A stretch of DNA of 64,000 bases from Leucoraja ocellata (Eukaryota): positions 6,138,001 through 6,202,000 of the forward strand of contig JAWMAR010000045.1 of the NCBI GenBank assembly GCA_036785375.1, given 5' to 3'. Below the pieces are notes generated by a model. It ran no database searches and was not told the DNA's origin. It saw only the letters and a list, made by a program, of their open reading frames with translations. Made by a program: the position numbers and the translations under genes. Positions 62,014-64,000 of this stretch are shown piece after piece (the stretch's first letter is position 1; each line of letters opens with the position of its first letter).

Positions 62014-63827
62014 ATAACGGAATTATAGATTTACTAATGAAGAAAGCATGTGTGAGCAATACAATGGCAGGAAAAGGCAGTGCATGAAAGACCAGAGAAA
62101 TGGCAGATAAGGAAAAGGAGAGCTGTAACTTGCCACAAATCATTTTTAGGAAAATTGATGGCTATTTGTATTCTTACTGTGGACACTGGAGTAGAAAGTC
62201 AGTTCATTATCACACACCGTGTGCATTACTTGTGAAATACTCCTGCCATGATAAAGCAATGTGCCTTCTCCAGGAACGGGTGAGAATGGCCCCATATTCA
62301 TTCCTGACTGCGATACCTCTTCATTGGTCGATCGAGATAATATTCCCGCAGGTTGGGAGAACGTTTTTGAATATGCTCTGAACATGTGTTGCAGTTTCAG
62401 TTTGGGTTTGTTGTCTTGTCAGTATCTGTTGTCAGAGCTGGCAGACCCAGAAGGACCAGTAATTAGGAGAGGAGTTTAAGAGCATATTGGAAATGAAAGG
62501 TTGAATTTTTCTGGAGGCTGCTATCTCACACACAAATGCTCCCCTTTCTTGTTCTGACTTCTTGTTTTGATTTCATCAATGATTTTATTTATGTGTACTT
62601 GAAAAAGTAAAAACATTTGGAGGGTAAGGAGTCTGTAAAAAAAAACCTTCAGTTGTTCATGTTGATCCAAACCTCAGAATTACTGTTTTGATAACAGATT
62701 CAGCACTGAACTCCTAACATAACTGGCCATGAATGAAATCACCCGTGAAATGAGAATTTTGAAATGCAGCACAATGTCTGCATTCATTTGTCCATTGGGC
62801 ATTAGTATGATTTTCCTAATTTATCTGAAATATTTAATTCTGTTCTGTGTTGGTTCCTCATTTGGGGAGAGGTTGGAATCAATCCCCTTTTAACTGCTTG
62901 AGAAATACGCTTAATAGTATTGTTATTCATGTAGATAATATGCTGTTTCTAATGTACAGGAGCAGTACATTGTGGAATGGTGAAGCACTCTAGTACTAAT
63001 ATATTTGCACCACTGTTAGGAACAAAAGTGAATGCTGCTGAGACAGTAATGAGTGGAGCCAATTATTTCAAAAATTGTCAAGGTGGGGCATGGTCAAAGG
63101 TCATAAAGGGATGAGTAAACGTGGGCAGTGTTAACCTTTGAAGCTACTGGACTAAATCCACACAGCAGTGGGTGCATGATGCTAATTATTTTAATTTGGG
63201 AGTGTTAGTGTAGCATCAGTGTTTTTATATAAACACTGAGGATTCCGTGCAATGATATTATGCATTTCTGGAATGTGTGTTAAAGCAGAAACTGCATAAT
63301 GTTCGCTCTTGTGGTTTATTTACCAACATTCCTAAATGTGTAATTGCCATGCAATATTGATCCTATTCAAAAATAATACTTAAACTTAAGTCTCCTGACA
63401 TGATTATCTAATGTATGGTCGAACTAGGGCACCCATTCTCTGTTCACAAAAAAAGATGTGCAATTATTCTCATTCGTTGATTCAACTTAAAATATTTTTC
63501 TGTCCTTATGAAAGCAGAAGCTGAACAGCATTATAGATTCATCTATGTCATTCCTCCCACATTTTTAGTCTGTATTGTGTGTGTTGAATGGCAATCTTAT
63601 CAAAGGAGACATCAGAATTGAGCTTAATTCTGCTCTCATCATCGTCCATGGAGCAGCATTTATCATGAGACATTCTGTAGTACGGACACTCCAGTCCCAG
63701 GATGCTGAGGCAGATTGCACTGACCCATTGCTTCTCTAATTGAGATTAACTGGCTCCTCCTGGACAGGGAATTAAATCCCGATAGGCATTTCTTTAGTGC
63801 AGTGAGCCATTTGGGTTTGTTATGAGT

Positions 63828-64000
63828 ATGAATGAACTGCAGATGCTGGTTTAAACCAAAGATAGACACAAAAAGCTGGAGTAACTCAGCGGGACAGGCA
63901 GCTTCTCTGAGGAGAAGGAATGGGTAACTTTTCGGGTCTGAGGAAGGGTCTCGACCCAAAACATCACCCATTCCTACTCCCCAGAGATGCTGCCTGTCCC
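63828..64000. mobile_element. Penelope-type head-to-head inverted pair (copy J), cut by the window end
   Basis: Minus arm GAACTGCAGATGCTGG..GAATGGGTAACTTTTCGGGT fused to plus arm CTGAGGA-A-GGGTC-TC-GACCC-AAAACATC-ACCCATTCC. Confidence 0.88.

Noticed and set aside
62261-62479. ORF or micro-exon near CCTTCTCCAG-GAACGG-GTGAGA
   Set aside because: Short pyrimidine tract and no recognisable protein; cannot be supported from sequence alone.
3525-64000. CRISPR-like recurrence of a repeat
   Set aside because: Copies are dispersed kilobases apart in both orientations, with TSDs and no regular spacers; this is a eukaryotic interspersed repeat.

Overview
AT-rich, non-coding vertebrate DNA (intron or gene desert). 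I found no credible host exon, RNA gene, CRISPR array or prokaryotic feature. Every ORF with recognisable protein motifs belongs to a decayed transposable element. The repeat complement (V-SINE/HE1-like SINEs with (TAAAC)n tails, Deu-domain SINEs, CR1, L2, Rex1/Babar and RTE LINEs, Penelope-type terminal repeats) points to a cartilaginous fish, probably a skate or ray; this is an inference from remembered repeat consensuses, not a database result. There is one complete but inactivated IR/DR Tc1 transposon (6845-8477). About 9.5-33 kb is nearly free of recognisable TEs and may be regulatory, while 33-64 kb is TE-dense with nested insertions. The best candidate for an unusual system is a family of about ten short Penelope-type inserts, mostly 70-240 bp. 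Their consensus carries a minimal hammerhead ribozyme (CTGANGA-A-GGGTC-TC-GACCC-GAAAC-GTC), several have their own 6-12 bp target-site duplications, and two form head-to-head inverted pairs. Other highlights are a GC-rich non-coding retroposon family with a conserved 3' hairpin, a MER47/Tigger5-like MITE, a hAT MITE with a perfect 8-bp TSD, a Helitron-type 3' end and a perfect palindrome with 51-bp arms.
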